DNA of 64,000 bases from an uncultured Aliarcobacter sp. (lineage in GTDB: Bacteria > Campylobacterota > Campylobacteria > Campylobacterales > Arcobacteraceae). Position numbers and translations under genes: made by a program. Shown piece after piece: positions 38,243-52,102 of this stretch (position 1 is the stretch's first letter; each line of letters opens with the position of its first letter). The notes under the pieces are model-generated. The model worked only from the letters and a program-made list of their open reading frames with translations. It was not told where the DNA came from and searched no databases. Location of the stretch: contig OY781945.1 in NCBI GenBank assembly GCA_963677435.1, positions 1,312,001 through 1,376,000 on the forward strand, read 5' to 3'.

Positions 38243-38737
38243 TCAACTATTTACTAATATTTTGAAAACAGCTTTAATGATTTTTTTATTTTTGTCAATT
38301 TTTATGCAAGGCATATGAGCATCATTCGGATAAAAAATTGCAAGTTCATTTTCTCTTATTTTTAAAATTGAGCTATTTTCAGTTTGGGCATATTTCGCAT
38401 AATCTAAATCAGGATTATATTTAGTTGTAACTGTAAGATTATTTACATTTTCAACTTCCATAATTTCATCACCTTCAAACATATATTGAATATCAATATA
38501 TGTTTTATGTGACTCATAAAGACAATCTTCTTTATTTTTTGTTACATAAGCTTGTTCTAAAACAAAGCAGTTTTCATCAAGTACTATTTTATTACATTCA
38601 CCAACTTTTGTATTTACAAGAGTTTTATATTCATTTGAATTTTTATCTTGTAATTTTTCAATATAAGCAAAAGCTTTTTCAAACTTAGAACTACAAACTT
38701 GTGATTTTAAAGTTTGTAATGTACCAAATAGTGCCAT
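38243..38737 (-). CDS. YhcH/YjgK/YiaL family protein
   Basis: ESHKTYIDIQY, IFYPNDAHMP. Confidence 0.9.
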   Translation of the reverse strand: MALFGTLQTLKSQVCSSKFEKAFAYIEKLQDKNSNEYKTLVNTKVGECNKIVLDENCFVLEQAYVTKNKEDCLYESHKTYIDIQYMFEGDEIMEVENVNNLTVTTKYNPDLDYAKYAQTENSSILKIRENELAIFYPNDAHMPCIKIDKNKKIIKAVFKILVNS

Positions 38738-38745
38738 TTTAATCC

Positions 38746-39975
38746 CTATTTATTTTTTAACATACCTTTTAAAATAATCTTACCACCCTCAACACCTGGT
38801 TGGTCGTAAGTATTAATTCTTAAAAATTTACCAACAATTGAAGTTAATAATTCATAATAAAATAGAAGTTTCCCTATTTCATATTCAGATATTTCTTCTA
38901 TTTCAATAATATCTATTGGAATATCTTTTTTTAACTCTTTTACAGAAGCAATTGTCGCATCTGCTTGTAGATTAATTAACTCTTTAAAATCAAGATTATT
39001 AACATAATCTAATTCTTCTAATCCCTCTAGTGAAATAGGAGCAATTTTTGTATTATCTTTAAAATCTTTTATTTTTATAAATGTTACTGTTTTATCCCTT
39101 TGTCCTTCTACAATTAATTGTAAAAAAGAGTGTTGATCTACCGGTCCTAAAAGTCCAATTGGAGTTAAACCTTGATTAGTGTTATTAACATCAACTTTTC
39201 CAAGACTCTCTCCCCAAAGTTGAATATACCATTTATTAAATCCTTCAAGTAATTGAGAATAAGAAAAAATTGCATTCATGTTATAAACATCTTTAAACTC
39301 ATAATAAGTTCTAGCTTTTTTTATTAAATGTTTATAAAGTTTTTTCTGTTCAAAAAATGAATCTAAAGTTTTTTTAGCACCTTTTAAAAGTTCATCAATA
39401 TTGAAACCTGCAAGATATAAAGGAACTAAACCTACATTTGATAAAACAGAAAATCTTCCACCAACATTTTTTGGAATATCAAAAGAGTTTATATCATTTG
39501 CTTTTGCATAAGTATTTAATTTACTATCATCTTCTGTAATTATAAGTAGATTAGATTTATCTATTTTTGTAATTGACATTAAATATTTAAAAATAGATAT
39601 AGTTTCTATAGTTGTTCCAGATTTTGAAATAACAATAAAAAGTGTATCATTTAAATTTAACTGAGCTAAAGTTCCATTTAAATTTACAGGATCTGTACTT
39701 TCAAAAAAGAAAAGCTCTTTTTTTAAACATTTGTTATGTTGTTTATTATACTTCATGAAATTATAAATAGCATAAGTTCCCAGCGTACTTCCACCAATTC
39801 CTATAATTGCTATTTGTTTTTGAGGAAAGTTTAAATCATCAAGTTTTGTTTTTAAAACAGTAGTATCAACATTAGGAAGAGAGTAATATCCTATTATCTC
39901 TCTTTCTTTTTTTATCTCTGCAAAAATCTCTTTATCACTTAATGATACTTGCGGATAATATAAGCTGTTTTTCAC
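38746..39975 (-). CDS. pgi: Glucose-6-phosphate isomerase
   Basis: IGIGGS, SKSGTTIET, VGGRFSVLS, QLWGESLGK, DQHS, DQPGVEGGK. Confidence 0.96.
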   Translation of the reverse strand: MKNSLYYPQVSLSDKEIFAEIKKEREIIGYYSLPNVDTTVLKTKLDDLNFPQKQIAIIGIGGSTLGTYAIYNFMKYNKQHNKCLKKELFFFESTDPVNLNGTLAQLNLNDTLFIVISKSGTTIETISIFKYLMSITKIDKSNLLIITEDDSKLNTYAKANDINSFDIPKNVGGRFSVLSNVGLVPLYLAGFNIDELLKGAKKTLDSFFEQKKLYKHLIKKARTYYEFKDVYNMNAIFSYSQLLEGFNKWYIQLWGESLGKVDVNNTNQGLTPIGLLGPVDQHSFLQLIVEGQRDKTVTFIKIKDFKDNTKIAPISLEGLEELDYVNNLDFKELINLQADATIASVKELKKDIPIDIIEIEEISEYEIGKLLFYYELLTSIVGKFLRINTYDQPGVEGGKIILKGMLKNK

Positions 39976-40850
39976 TATTTAGCTCCAGTTGCTTTTTTAG
40001 TTGCTTCTTCTTTTTTTGTTTCTTTATCGTAAAAATAGTTTGTAGCTTTTACAAATCCATCAATGCTTCCACAGTCAAATCTTTGTCCATCAAATTTGAA
40101 TGCTAAAACCATTCCTTTTTTTGCTTGAGCTAAAAGTGCATCTGTAATTTGAATCTCTCCGCCTTTTCCTGGTTTTGTTTCTCTAATAATATTAAAAATA
40201 TCAGGAGTTAAAATATATCTTCCAATAATTGCTAAGTTTGATGGAGCAACTTCAGGTTCTGGTTTTTCAACCATATCTTTTACCATATAAATTCCAGGTT
40301 CAATTTCATTTCCTGCAATAACACCATATTTATTTGTATCTTCTTTTGGAATTTCTTCAATAGCTACAATTGAACAACCATATTTTTTATATAATTCTAC
40401 CATTTGTGCTAATACACCTTTTCCAGGAGCATCACATAAATCATCTGCTAGAACTACAGCAAAAGGTTGGTCCCCAATTAGTGTTTCACCACATAAAATT
40501 GCATGACCTAAACCTTTCATTTCAATTTGTCTAGTATAAGAGAATGTACATTTAGTAATAACTGATCTAATTTCTGTTAAATAATGTTCTTTACTTGTCC
40601 CTTTAATTTGATTTTCTAGTTCATAAGAAATATCAAAATGATCTTCAATTGCTCTTTTCCCTCTACCTGTTACTATTGCCATTGTATCCATACCAGCAGC
40701 AAGTGCTTCTTCTACCCCATATTGAATAAGTGGTTTAGTTAAAACTGGTAACATCTCTTTAGGTGTTGCTTTAGTTGCAGGTAAAAATCTTGTTCCATAT
40801 CCAGCTGCAGGGAATAGACATTTTTTAATTGGTGTATTTTTATTGCTCAT
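39975..40850 (-). CDS. galU: UTP--glucose-1-phosphate uridylyltransferase
   Basis: PAAGYGTRFLPATKATPKEMLP, GLGHA, VEKP, GEIQITDA. Confidence 0.97.
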   Translation of the reverse strand: MSNKNTPIKKCLFPAAGYGTRFLPATKATPKEMLPVLTKPLIQYGVEEALAAGMDTMAIVTGRGKRAIEDHFDISYELENQIKGTSKEHYLTEIRSVITKCTFSYTRQIEMKGLGHAILCGETLIGDQPFAVVLADDLCDAPGKGVLAQMVELYKKYGCSIVAIEEIPKEDTNKYGVIAGNEIEPGIYMVKDMVEKPEPEVAPSNLAIIGRYILTPDIFNIIRETKPGKGGEIQITDALLAQAKKGMVLAFKFDGQRFDCGSIDGFVKATNYFYDKETKKEEATKKATGAK

Positions 40851-40852
40851 AT

Positions 40853-42229
40853 TTATTTTCCTTGTAATTGTTCAAATAGTTTAATCAAAACATTTTCGTA
40901 TATTTTAGCATTTTCTTTTGTATCTGCTTCAAATCTTGTAACTAATTTTGGTGTAGTGTTACTAGCTCTTACTAATCCCCAACCATTTTCAAATATAACT
41001 CTTATTCCATCAACAGTTATAATATCTTTAATTTTTGGAAAATCAGCAGGTGGATTTTCTAAAGCTTTTTTCAAATCTTCTATTATTTTAAATTTAGTCT
41101 CTTCAGTAACTGTTATATTTATTTCAGGAGTAGAGTAAACTTGTGGTAAAGCTTCATATTCTTTATCAAAATCAAAACCATTGTCAATTAATTCTAAAGC
41201 TCTAAATGTAGCATATAAAGCATCATCATAACCAAAATATCTATCATTAAAAAATAAATGTCCAGAAACTTCTGCTGCAAAATCAGCTTTTGTTTCTTTG
41301 ATTTTAACTTTTAAATTTGAGTGACCTGTTTTATACATTATTGCTTTACCATAAGAATTTATAATGTCATACATTACTTGTGAACATTTTACTTCACCAA
41401 TAACAGTTGGGTTTTTTATAAATTTAGAAAAGAATATTGCAAGAATATCACCTTTAAAGTTGTACTTAGGAGAAAGTAGGGCAATTCTATCAGCATCTCC
41501 ATCATAAGCAAAACCAAAATCATATTCTCCTGTTGCTAACTCTTTTTTAATATCTTCAAGAGTGTGTTCATCACTTGGATCTGGATGATGATTTGGGAAA
41601 TTACCATCTGGCTCTTCAAATAAGATTTTGTATTTGATATTTAATCTATCAAGTATTTCTCTTAAAACAACACCAGCAACTCCATTTCCACAATCAAAAA
41701 CAAATTTTTTGTTTTCTAATTTTAAATGAGAAAAATGATTTACAATAAAATCAATATATCTATTTTTAGAATCTATAGGAATAGTAACTTCATTATTCTT
41801 TATAGTAGAATTATCAGCTAAAATTTCTCTTCCTAATGCATATATATCTTCGCCAAAAAATGGGTCTTTATCTAATGTAATTTTAAATCCATTATATTCA
41901 GGAGGATTGTGAGATCCTGTAATCATTACAGAACCATCAGATTGTAAACCATCAAAATCAGTAAAGTTTGCAAAATAATTAGCAGGTGTTGGAACCAATC
42001 CCATATCTAATACTTCAAGTCCTGCTTCATTTATTCCAGAACTTAACCAGTTTTTTAGTGTAGGAGAGTGAAGTCTAGCATCATAACCAACAGCAATAAA
42101 CTGTGCCTTTGGTGTCTTTTTAATCAATGCTTTTGCTAAATAGTAACCAATCTTCTTTACTATATCTTCATTCAGTTCTTTTTCAAAAATCCCTCTAATA
42201 TCATACTCTCTAAAAATAGATGCACTCAT
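40853..42229 (-). CDS. Phosphomannomutase/phosphoglucomutase (AlgC type)
   Basis: FREYDIRG, TGSHNPPEYNG, DGDADR, EVSGH, RASNT. Confidence 0.96.
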   Translation of the reverse strand: MSASIFREYDIRGIFEKELNEDIVKKIGYYLAKALIKKTPKAQFIAVGYDARLHSPTLKNWLSSGINEAGLEVLDMGLVPTPANYFANFTDFDGLQSDGSVMITGSHNPPEYNGFKITLDKDPFFGEDIYALGREILADNSTIKNNEVTIPIDSKNRYIDFIVNHFSHLKLENKKFVFDCGNGVAGVVLREILDRLNIKYKILFEEPDGNFPNHHPDPSDEHTLEDIKKELATGEYDFGFAYDGDADRIALLSPKYNFKGDILAIFFSKFIKNPTVIGEVKCSQVMYDIINSYGKAIMYKTGHSNLKVKIKETKADFAAEVSGHLFFNDRYFGYDDALYATFRALELIDNGFDFDKEYEALPQVYSTPEINITVTEETKFKIIEDLKKALENPPADFPKIKDIITVDGIRVIFENGWGLVRASNTTPKLVTRFEADTKENAKIYENVLIKLFEQLQGK

Positions 42230-42450
42230 TATATGTTGTTCTCCATTATGTTAGTTGTTCAAAAATTTGTTTAAATAAATTTTTGACAGTCATTATATGT
42301 AATTTTTCATAAAAATTGTGAATAAATAGTTAAAAGTAAACAATATATTAATATTAATTAACAAATTTACAAAAAAGCCAAAGAAAGTATAGTAAAAGGA
42401 GAGAGAGAAGATGAATCCTAAAATTTAAGCTAAATTTTAGGTATAAGCTC

Positions 42451-42479
42451 TTGACAAAGAGGAAAGAATCTATTATAAT
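42451..42479 (+). promoter_or_regulatory. rrn sigma70 promoter
   Basis: TTGACA-17 nt-TATAAT followed by GC-rich TCCCGTCC. Confidence 0.88.
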
Positions 42480-42771
42480 TCCCGTCCAATTTGACTGAAG
42501 CACATCAAACGAGAGAATGATAGGAAGCGTTGAAATCGAAGCTGGATGATCTTTAAAAATAATTATAACGTTTGTAAAGTAATCTTTATAAACCGAATAT
42601 GAGACTCTTATAAAAATCTGTTATTTATTACAGATGTAAAATAAGAATAAATGTTAAAAATATAAAAACAAACAAGAACAATATGGTAAAACATATAACT
42701 TGTCTATACTATGAGTGATAATTTTGTAATAGTAAAATAATACAGAATAAGTCAAGTTCAAAAACTTCAAT

Positions 42772-44288
<1,517 letters not shown>

Positions 44289-44383
44289 AGAGAATTGAGA
44301 CTAGATTCGTTTCTAGTTTCAAAACTAAAAAGAAAGAGTTTTTATATTCGGTTTATAAAGATTATTTAAATAGGTAGAAAAAT

Positions 44384-44460
44384 GGGCCTATAGCTCAGCT
44401 GGCTAGAGCGCTCGACTGATAATCGTGAGGTCCCAGGTTCAAGTCCTGGTAGGCCCACCA
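44384..44460 (+). tRNA. tRNA-Ile (GAU)
   Basis: GGGCCTATAGCTCAGCTGGCTAGAGCGCTCGACTGATAATCGTG...CCA in the ITS. Confidence 0.97.
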
Positions 44461-44527
44461 TTAAATAATCTATAAAGATTAATCATCGGGTCCTAAAAAA
44501 ATGCAATTTTTTTGGGTAGATCAGTGT

Positions 44528-44603
44528 GGGGAATTAGCTCAGCTGGGAGAGCGCCTGCTTTGCACGCAGGAGGTCAGCGGTTCGATCCCGCTATTCTCCA
44601 CCA
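44528..44603 (+). tRNA. tRNA-Ala (UGC)
   Basis: GGGGAATTAGCTCAGCTGGGAGAGCGCCTGCTTTGCACGCAGG...CCA. Confidence 0.97.
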
Positions 44604-44950
44604 CCTATTAAAAATAAGCTAAAATTTATAATTAGAAGAAATGATAAACAAGATTAAATATAAGTTCAAAAAGAATTGAATTTATATTTGATTTTCGAAT
44701 CAAAATGATATTTAAAAATATAATGTTAAAGTCTTTAATTTTTTCGTTTAATTAAAAGAACTAAAAGAATTTATTCTAATAGAACTAATAATTAAAAACA
44801 AAAATTTTAATTATCTAGAAATAGATAGAACACAACTTTTTTATAAGATATATAGAGTTAGTTAATTAGATTTAATTAATAAAGTATGTTTAATAAGATA
44901 GTAGCCAAAGAATATTATCAAAAATGCGACAGAATTTAATTCTGTTTATT

Positions 44951-47859
<2,909 letters not shown>

Positions 47860-48037
47860 TTAACAAATTCTTTGGTTTACTATCTTATTAAATATATTGA
47901 TTATATGTTTAATATAAATGTGTGATTTTTAGAAAGAACAAAAAGACTTTAACATTATTTTTTTCTTAACTCCTAAACGAGTTGAGTGTAAAGTGTATTT
48001 ACATATTTATTTATGTTTTTACTTTTTACACTCAACT

Positions 48038-48155
48038 TTGCTGGTGGCTATAGAGAAGTGGAAATACCCAGTCCCATTCCGAACCTGGAAGTCAAGCACT
48101 TCATCGCCGATAATACTGCCGGGTCCCCTGGTGGAAACGTAGGCCGCTGCCAGCT
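48038..48155 (+). rRNA. rrf: 5S rRNA (ends approximate)
   Basis: GCTGGTGGC...CCCATTCCGAAC...GCCGATAATACT...GCTGCCAGC terminal helix. Confidence 0.95.
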
Positions 48156-48171
48156 CTTGAGTTTTTTACAC

Positions 48172-48223
48172 AAGCTTTTAACTATTCGAACTTCTTGTTC
48201 CTCTAGTTAAAAGCTTTTTTTTT
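48172..48223 (+). terminator. rrn rho-independent terminator
   Basis: AAGCTTTTAACTA...TAGTTAAAAGCTT followed by a T run. Confidence 0.75.
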
Positions 48224-48360
48224 AGCCCGCTTTTTAGCCAAAATATGTTTTACTTATTGCATTTGTATTTAGTTTCTTTTTCTGGCTATAATTGATTTAC
48301 TTGGCTTTTATCCTTTTATATTAACTATATCTCTTAGTTAGCCAATACATTATTCTTTTT

Positions 48361-48436
48361 GCTTGCATAGCTCCAACGGTAGAGCAATTCCATGGTAAGG
48401 AAGAGGTTACAGGTTCGATTCCTGTTGTGAGCTCCA
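48361..48436 (+). tRNA. tRNA-Thr (GGU)
   Basis: GCTTGCATAGCTC...TTCCATGGTAAGGAA...GGTTCGATTCC...GAGCTCCA; 76 nt. Confidence 0.9.
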
Positions 48437-48570
48437 CGTCTTTGTTCTTTTATATCTTTATTCACTTTAATCTTATTTTTCCTCTTTTTTACAGTAATTT
48501 TAGTACTTTTCAAATTATTTTTTATTTTGTTTTTGTATAATAAAAACTTAATTTTTAAAAAGGATTTTAG

Positions 48571-49017
48571 TTGGAAAAACTATATTACAGTTATGATTTA
48601 TTCAAAAAAGATACTCAAGTATTAGTTGATAAATGCAGGGATTTTGAACCTGAAATTTTACTTGCAGTTGCACGTGGTGGATTAACACTTTCTCATTTAA
48701 TGGCACAAGCATTAGATATGAGAAATTTATATACATTAAATTCTATTCATTATGAAGGTGAATTAAAACTAGATACTTTTAATATTTTTAATATTCCTGA
48801 TGTTTCTCATGCAAAAAAAGTTTTGATTGTTGATGATATTGTTGATTCAGGAGAAACTATGAGAGAAATTTTAAAAGTTTTAAAAGAGAAATTTCCAAGT
48901 GTAGAGTTTAAACTAGCTACTTTATTTTACAAAAATACAGCTGTAATAAAACCAGATTTTAGTGTTAGAGAAGCAAATGAGTGGATTGATTTCTTTTGGG
49001 AAGTTGATGTTAAATAG
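48571..49017 (+). CDS. Purine phosphoribosyltransferase-like protein
   Basis: VARGG, VLIVDDIVDSGET PRPP motif, WIDFFWE. Confidence 0.92.
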   Translation: MEKLYYSYDLFKKDTQVLVDKCRDFEPEILLAVARGGLTLSHLMAQALDMRNLYTLNSIHYEGELKLDTFNIFNIPDVSHAKKVLIVDDIVDSGETMREILKVLKEKFPSVEFKLATLFYKNTAVIKPDFSVREANEWIDFFWEVDVK

Positions 49018-49063
49018 ATAATTATTTATGTATAATGAAAAAAACTAACAATAGGCTTACATT

Positions 49064-49342
49064 ATGACTTTTATTGATTTTAAGAAATTACTTTTAGATG
49101 CTGAACTTACGATTCCTAAATTTACAGAACTTATAAAAGTTAGTGAAAAAAATATTCAAGCTTATAAAAAGAAAAAAGAAGTACCAAATACAATTGCTTC
49201 AATTGCTGCTTGTTTTGCTACTATGAATCAAAAGGGAATGGATTTCAAGAAACTAATTAGTGACTTGAATTTAGAAAAAAAAGAGAAAAAAGGTGCTGGA
49301 TTTTCTAAAAAAAAATCTCTTAAAGAAAAATCAAAAAAATAA
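49064..49342 (+). CDS. Small hypothetical protein, possibly HTH, with Lys-rich tail
   Basis: 92 aa; LTIPKFTELIKVSEKNIQAYK resembles an HTH; upstream TATAAT. Confidence 0.65.
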   Translation: MTFIDFKKLLLDAELTIPKFTELIKVSEKNIQAYKKKKEVPNTIASIAACFATMNQKGMDFKKLISDLNLEKKEKKGAGFSKKKSLKEKSKK

Positions 49343-49386
49343 AGCTTAATTAGATATACTTTCCCAAATTTAAATTGGGGAAATAT

Positions 49387-49773
49387 ATGTTATTAAATAA
49401 TAAAAATAAAACTTTTCTTGCAATAGCTTCTTTTATGATGGCTTTAGGTATTGCTTTTGGTGCTTTTGGTGCCCATGCTTTAAAAACTGTTCTTGATGAA
49501 TATATGCTAAAAATTTATAATACGGGTGTTCAATACCATTTTTATAATACTTTAGGACTTTTTACTGCTTCTTTTATATATGCTTTAAAAGCAGAATCAA
49601 AAAAAATATATATATCTTTATGGCTTATAATTATAGGTATGTGTATATTCTCTTTTTCATTATATTTTTTAGCTATCTTATCAATGCCAATTTTAGGGGC
49701 AATTACTCCAATTGGTGGAACTATGCTTATTGTTGCTTGGCTTTTATTAACTTATGGGATATTAAAGGATTAA
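49387..49773 (+). CDS. DUF423 (YgdD/TMEM256) membrane protein
   Basis: GAFGAHAL, TGVQYH, FSFSLY, GAITPIGG. Confidence 0.9.
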   Translation: MLLNNKNKTFLAIASFMMALGIAFGAFGAHALKTVLDEYMLKIYNTGVQYHFYNTLGLFTASFIYALKAESKKIYISLWLIIIGMCIFSFSLYFLAILSMPILGAITPIGGTMLIVAWLLLTYGILKD

Positions 49774-49777
49774 ATTT

Positions 49778-50581
49778 ATGACTGCAATGGAAAAAATTGA
49801 ATATATTAGAGATTCTCGATGGTTTTCTAATTTAACTACAATTATTATTATTGCCTACGCTTCTATTTTAGGGTTTAAAACTTTAGAAGATGTTGATACA
49901 AATTATGATTTGTTTTTAAGATTTGCAGATTATTTTGTAACAATTTATTTTGTTTTTGAATTAGCAATTAAAATGGTTGCTGAAAAAAAGTTTCTGAATT
50001 TTTTTAAATCAGGTTGGAATATTTTTGATTTTATAATCGTTTTTATAACACTTTTACCACTTGAATCATCAAGTTATGCAGCAATTGCAAGACTTATGAG
50101 GGTATTTAGAGTTTTAAGATTATTTACAGCACGACCTGAATTAAAAGCAATTATTGATATGCTTATAAAAGCAATTCCAGCAATTATTGATATTGTTATA
50201 TTGATGTTTATAATTTTTTATATCTATGCAATTGTTGGGAATTTCTTTTTTGTTGATTTAGCATCTGGACTTTGGAAAGATTTTTTAATTTCAATGTTAA
50301 CACTATTTAGAATTTTAACATTTGAAGATTGGACAGATGTAATGTATGAAGCTATGGAGGTTTATCCTTGGGCTTGGATATATTTTGTTTCATTTATTAT
50401 TATTGCAGCCTTTGTATTTTTTAATCTTTTTGTTGCAGTTATTATTGGTGAAATGCAAAAACTTCAAGAGGCTGATATGAAAGAAGAAATTCATGAAGAT
50501 AGTAAAAAATTAGATATTTTATTAAGTGAGATGAAAAGCTTAAGGGAAGAAATCTATTTATTAAAAAAAGAATATAAATGA
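49778..50581 (+). CDS. Voltage-gated cation channel (BacNav family, 6TM)
   Basis: GWNIFDF, S4 RLMRVFRVLR, pore TLFRILTFEDWTD, FNLFVAVII, C-terminal coiled coil. Confidence 0.93.
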   Translation: MTAMEKIEYIRDSRWFSNLTTIIIIAYASILGFKTLEDVDTNYDLFLRFADYFVTIYFVFELAIKMVAEKKFLNFFKSGWNIFDFIIVFITLLPLESSSYAAIARLMRVFRVLRLFTARPELKAIIDMLIKAIPAIIDIVILMFIIFYIYAIVGNFFFVDLASGLWKDFLISMLTLFRILTFEDWTDVMYEAMEVYPWAWIYFVSFIIIAAFVFFNLFVAVIIGEMQKLQEADMKEEIHEDSKKLDILLSEMKSLREEIYLLKKEYK

Positions 50582-51339
50582 AAAGATTTACAATTTTAGG
50601 AACTGGGTGGTTAGGTTTTGAACTTGCAAAAGTTTTGAAAAAGGATTATCTTATAAAAGTTTCATCTCGAAATGAAGAAAAAATTAAAATATATGAAAAA
50701 GAGGGATTATCTTCATACATTTTAAATGAAAATAATTTAAATTTTTTAGAGGAATTATTAGATACTGATTACCTTTTTATAAATTATCCTCCTTCAAAAT
50801 TTGATGATTATTTAGGTTTTTTAAATAAAATTTACAAGCATGAAAATATTAAAAATATTGATAAAATTATATTTATTAGTTCAACTTCGATTTATCCAAA
50901 TATTGAAGGTAATTTTGATGAAAATTATTTAATAAATGATTCAAGTTCAAAAATTGTATTTGAAGCTGAAAAAGAAGCTCGAAATAACAGTGATGTAATT
51001 TTTAGAGTTTCAGGACTTGTAGGAGGAAGTAGGTATTTTGGTAAGAGATCTGCAAATAAAGTTGTTGAATTCCCACAAAGTGTCATAAATTTTGTTCACA
51101 GAAATGATGTTATTAATGCTACAAAATTTGTTATAGAAAAAAATGTAAATGGGATATTTAATCTTTGTTCAAAAGAACATCCCACAAAAAAAGAGATTTA
51201 TACTTTTAATTCAAAAAAATATGATTTTGAATTACCAATTTTTCTTGATAATGAATCTTTTTTAAATAGAGTAATTGATGGTTCAAAAATAGAAAAATTA
51301 GGATTTGAATATAAGTATAATAATGTATTTGAATTTTAA
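50578..51339 (+). CDS. NAD(P)-binding epimerase/dehydratase-like protein (YeeZ type)
   Basis: ILGTGWLG, FISSTSIY, FRVSGLVG, NFVHRND. Confidence 0.85.
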   Translation: MKRFTILGTGWLGFELAKVLKKDYLIKVSSRNEEKIKIYEKEGLSSYILNENNLNFLEELLDTDYLFINYPPSKFDDYLGFLNKIYKHENIKNIDKIIFISSTSIYPNIEGNFDENYLINDSSSKIVFEAEKEARNNSDVIFRVSGLVGGSRYFGKRSANKVVEFPQSVINFVHRNDVINATKFVIEKNVNGIFNLCSKEHPTKKEIYTFNSKKYDFELPIFLDNESFLNRVIDGSKIEKLGFEYKYNNVFEF

Positions 51340-51364
51340 AAGATTAGTTTTAAACTAATCTTTT
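51338..51364. terminator. Bidirectional terminator hairpin
   Basis: AAAAGATTAGTTT-t-AAACTAATCTTTT. Confidence 0.7.
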
Positions 51365-51985
51365 TTAGTGAGTATTAAATGCTCTATCTCCAGCATCACC
51401 AAGACCTGGTCTAATATAATTATTTTCATCTAATCTTTCATCAATTTGTGCAATATAAATATCTACATCTGGATGTGCCTCTTGAACTTTTTGAACACCA
51501 AAAGGTGAACCTAAAACATTTAGGCAAATAATTCTTTTAGGATTTTTAGATTTCAAATAATCAATTCCATCAATTAAAGAACCACCCGTTGCTACCATTG
51601 GGTCTAATAATAAAACAGTTTTGTCTTCTAAGTTTGGGATATTTTCATAAAATAATTTACTCTGAGAAGTTTCTTCATCTCTTTTCATAGCTAAAAATCC
51701 ACTTCTTGCATATGGTAAAGTTTTTAAAATACCTGTTAACATTGGTTCACCAGCTCTTAAAATTGGTACTAATACTAATTTTTGAACTTCAATCATTTGA
51801 ACATCAAGTGGACCTTGCCAAGTGTTTATATTTTGTGAAACAGTTTCAAAATTATTTAAAGCTTCTAAGGCTATGATTCTTGAAATCTCTTCAATAGTTA
51901 ATCTAAACTCATTTGATGTTGTTCTTACATCTCTTAATCTATTAACAAGATGTTTTGCAACAACATTTGTACTTTCTCTATACAT
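51365..51985 (-). CDS. upp: Uracil phosphoribosyltransferase
   Basis: VPILRAG, LDPMVATGGS, YIRPGLGDAGDR. Confidence 0.97.
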   Translation of the reverse strand: MYRESTNVVAKHLVNRLRDVRTTSNEFRLTIEEISRIIALEALNNFETVSQNINTWQGPLDVQMIEVQKLVLVPILRAGEPMLTGILKTLPYARSGFLAMKRDEETSQSKLFYENIPNLEDKTVLLLDPMVATGGSLIDGIDYLKSKNPKRIICLNVLGSPFGVQKVQEAHPDVDIYIAQIDERLDENNYIRPGLGDAGDRAFNTH

Positions 51986-52102
51986 AAGTAATCCTTTAAA
52001 AACTTTATATTACTCAAAAATTGCTTATAAATTATATATAAATTAAATTTAATTAACGGATTATTTTGATAATATTCATCAATAAAAAAATTAGAGGTAA
52101 TT

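Noticed and set aside
48224..48350. Recurrent TAGCC/GGCTA words between the rrn terminator and tRNA-Thr as a possible ncRNA
   Set aside because: Pairings are only 5-6 bp in T-rich DNA; I cannot support a defined structure.
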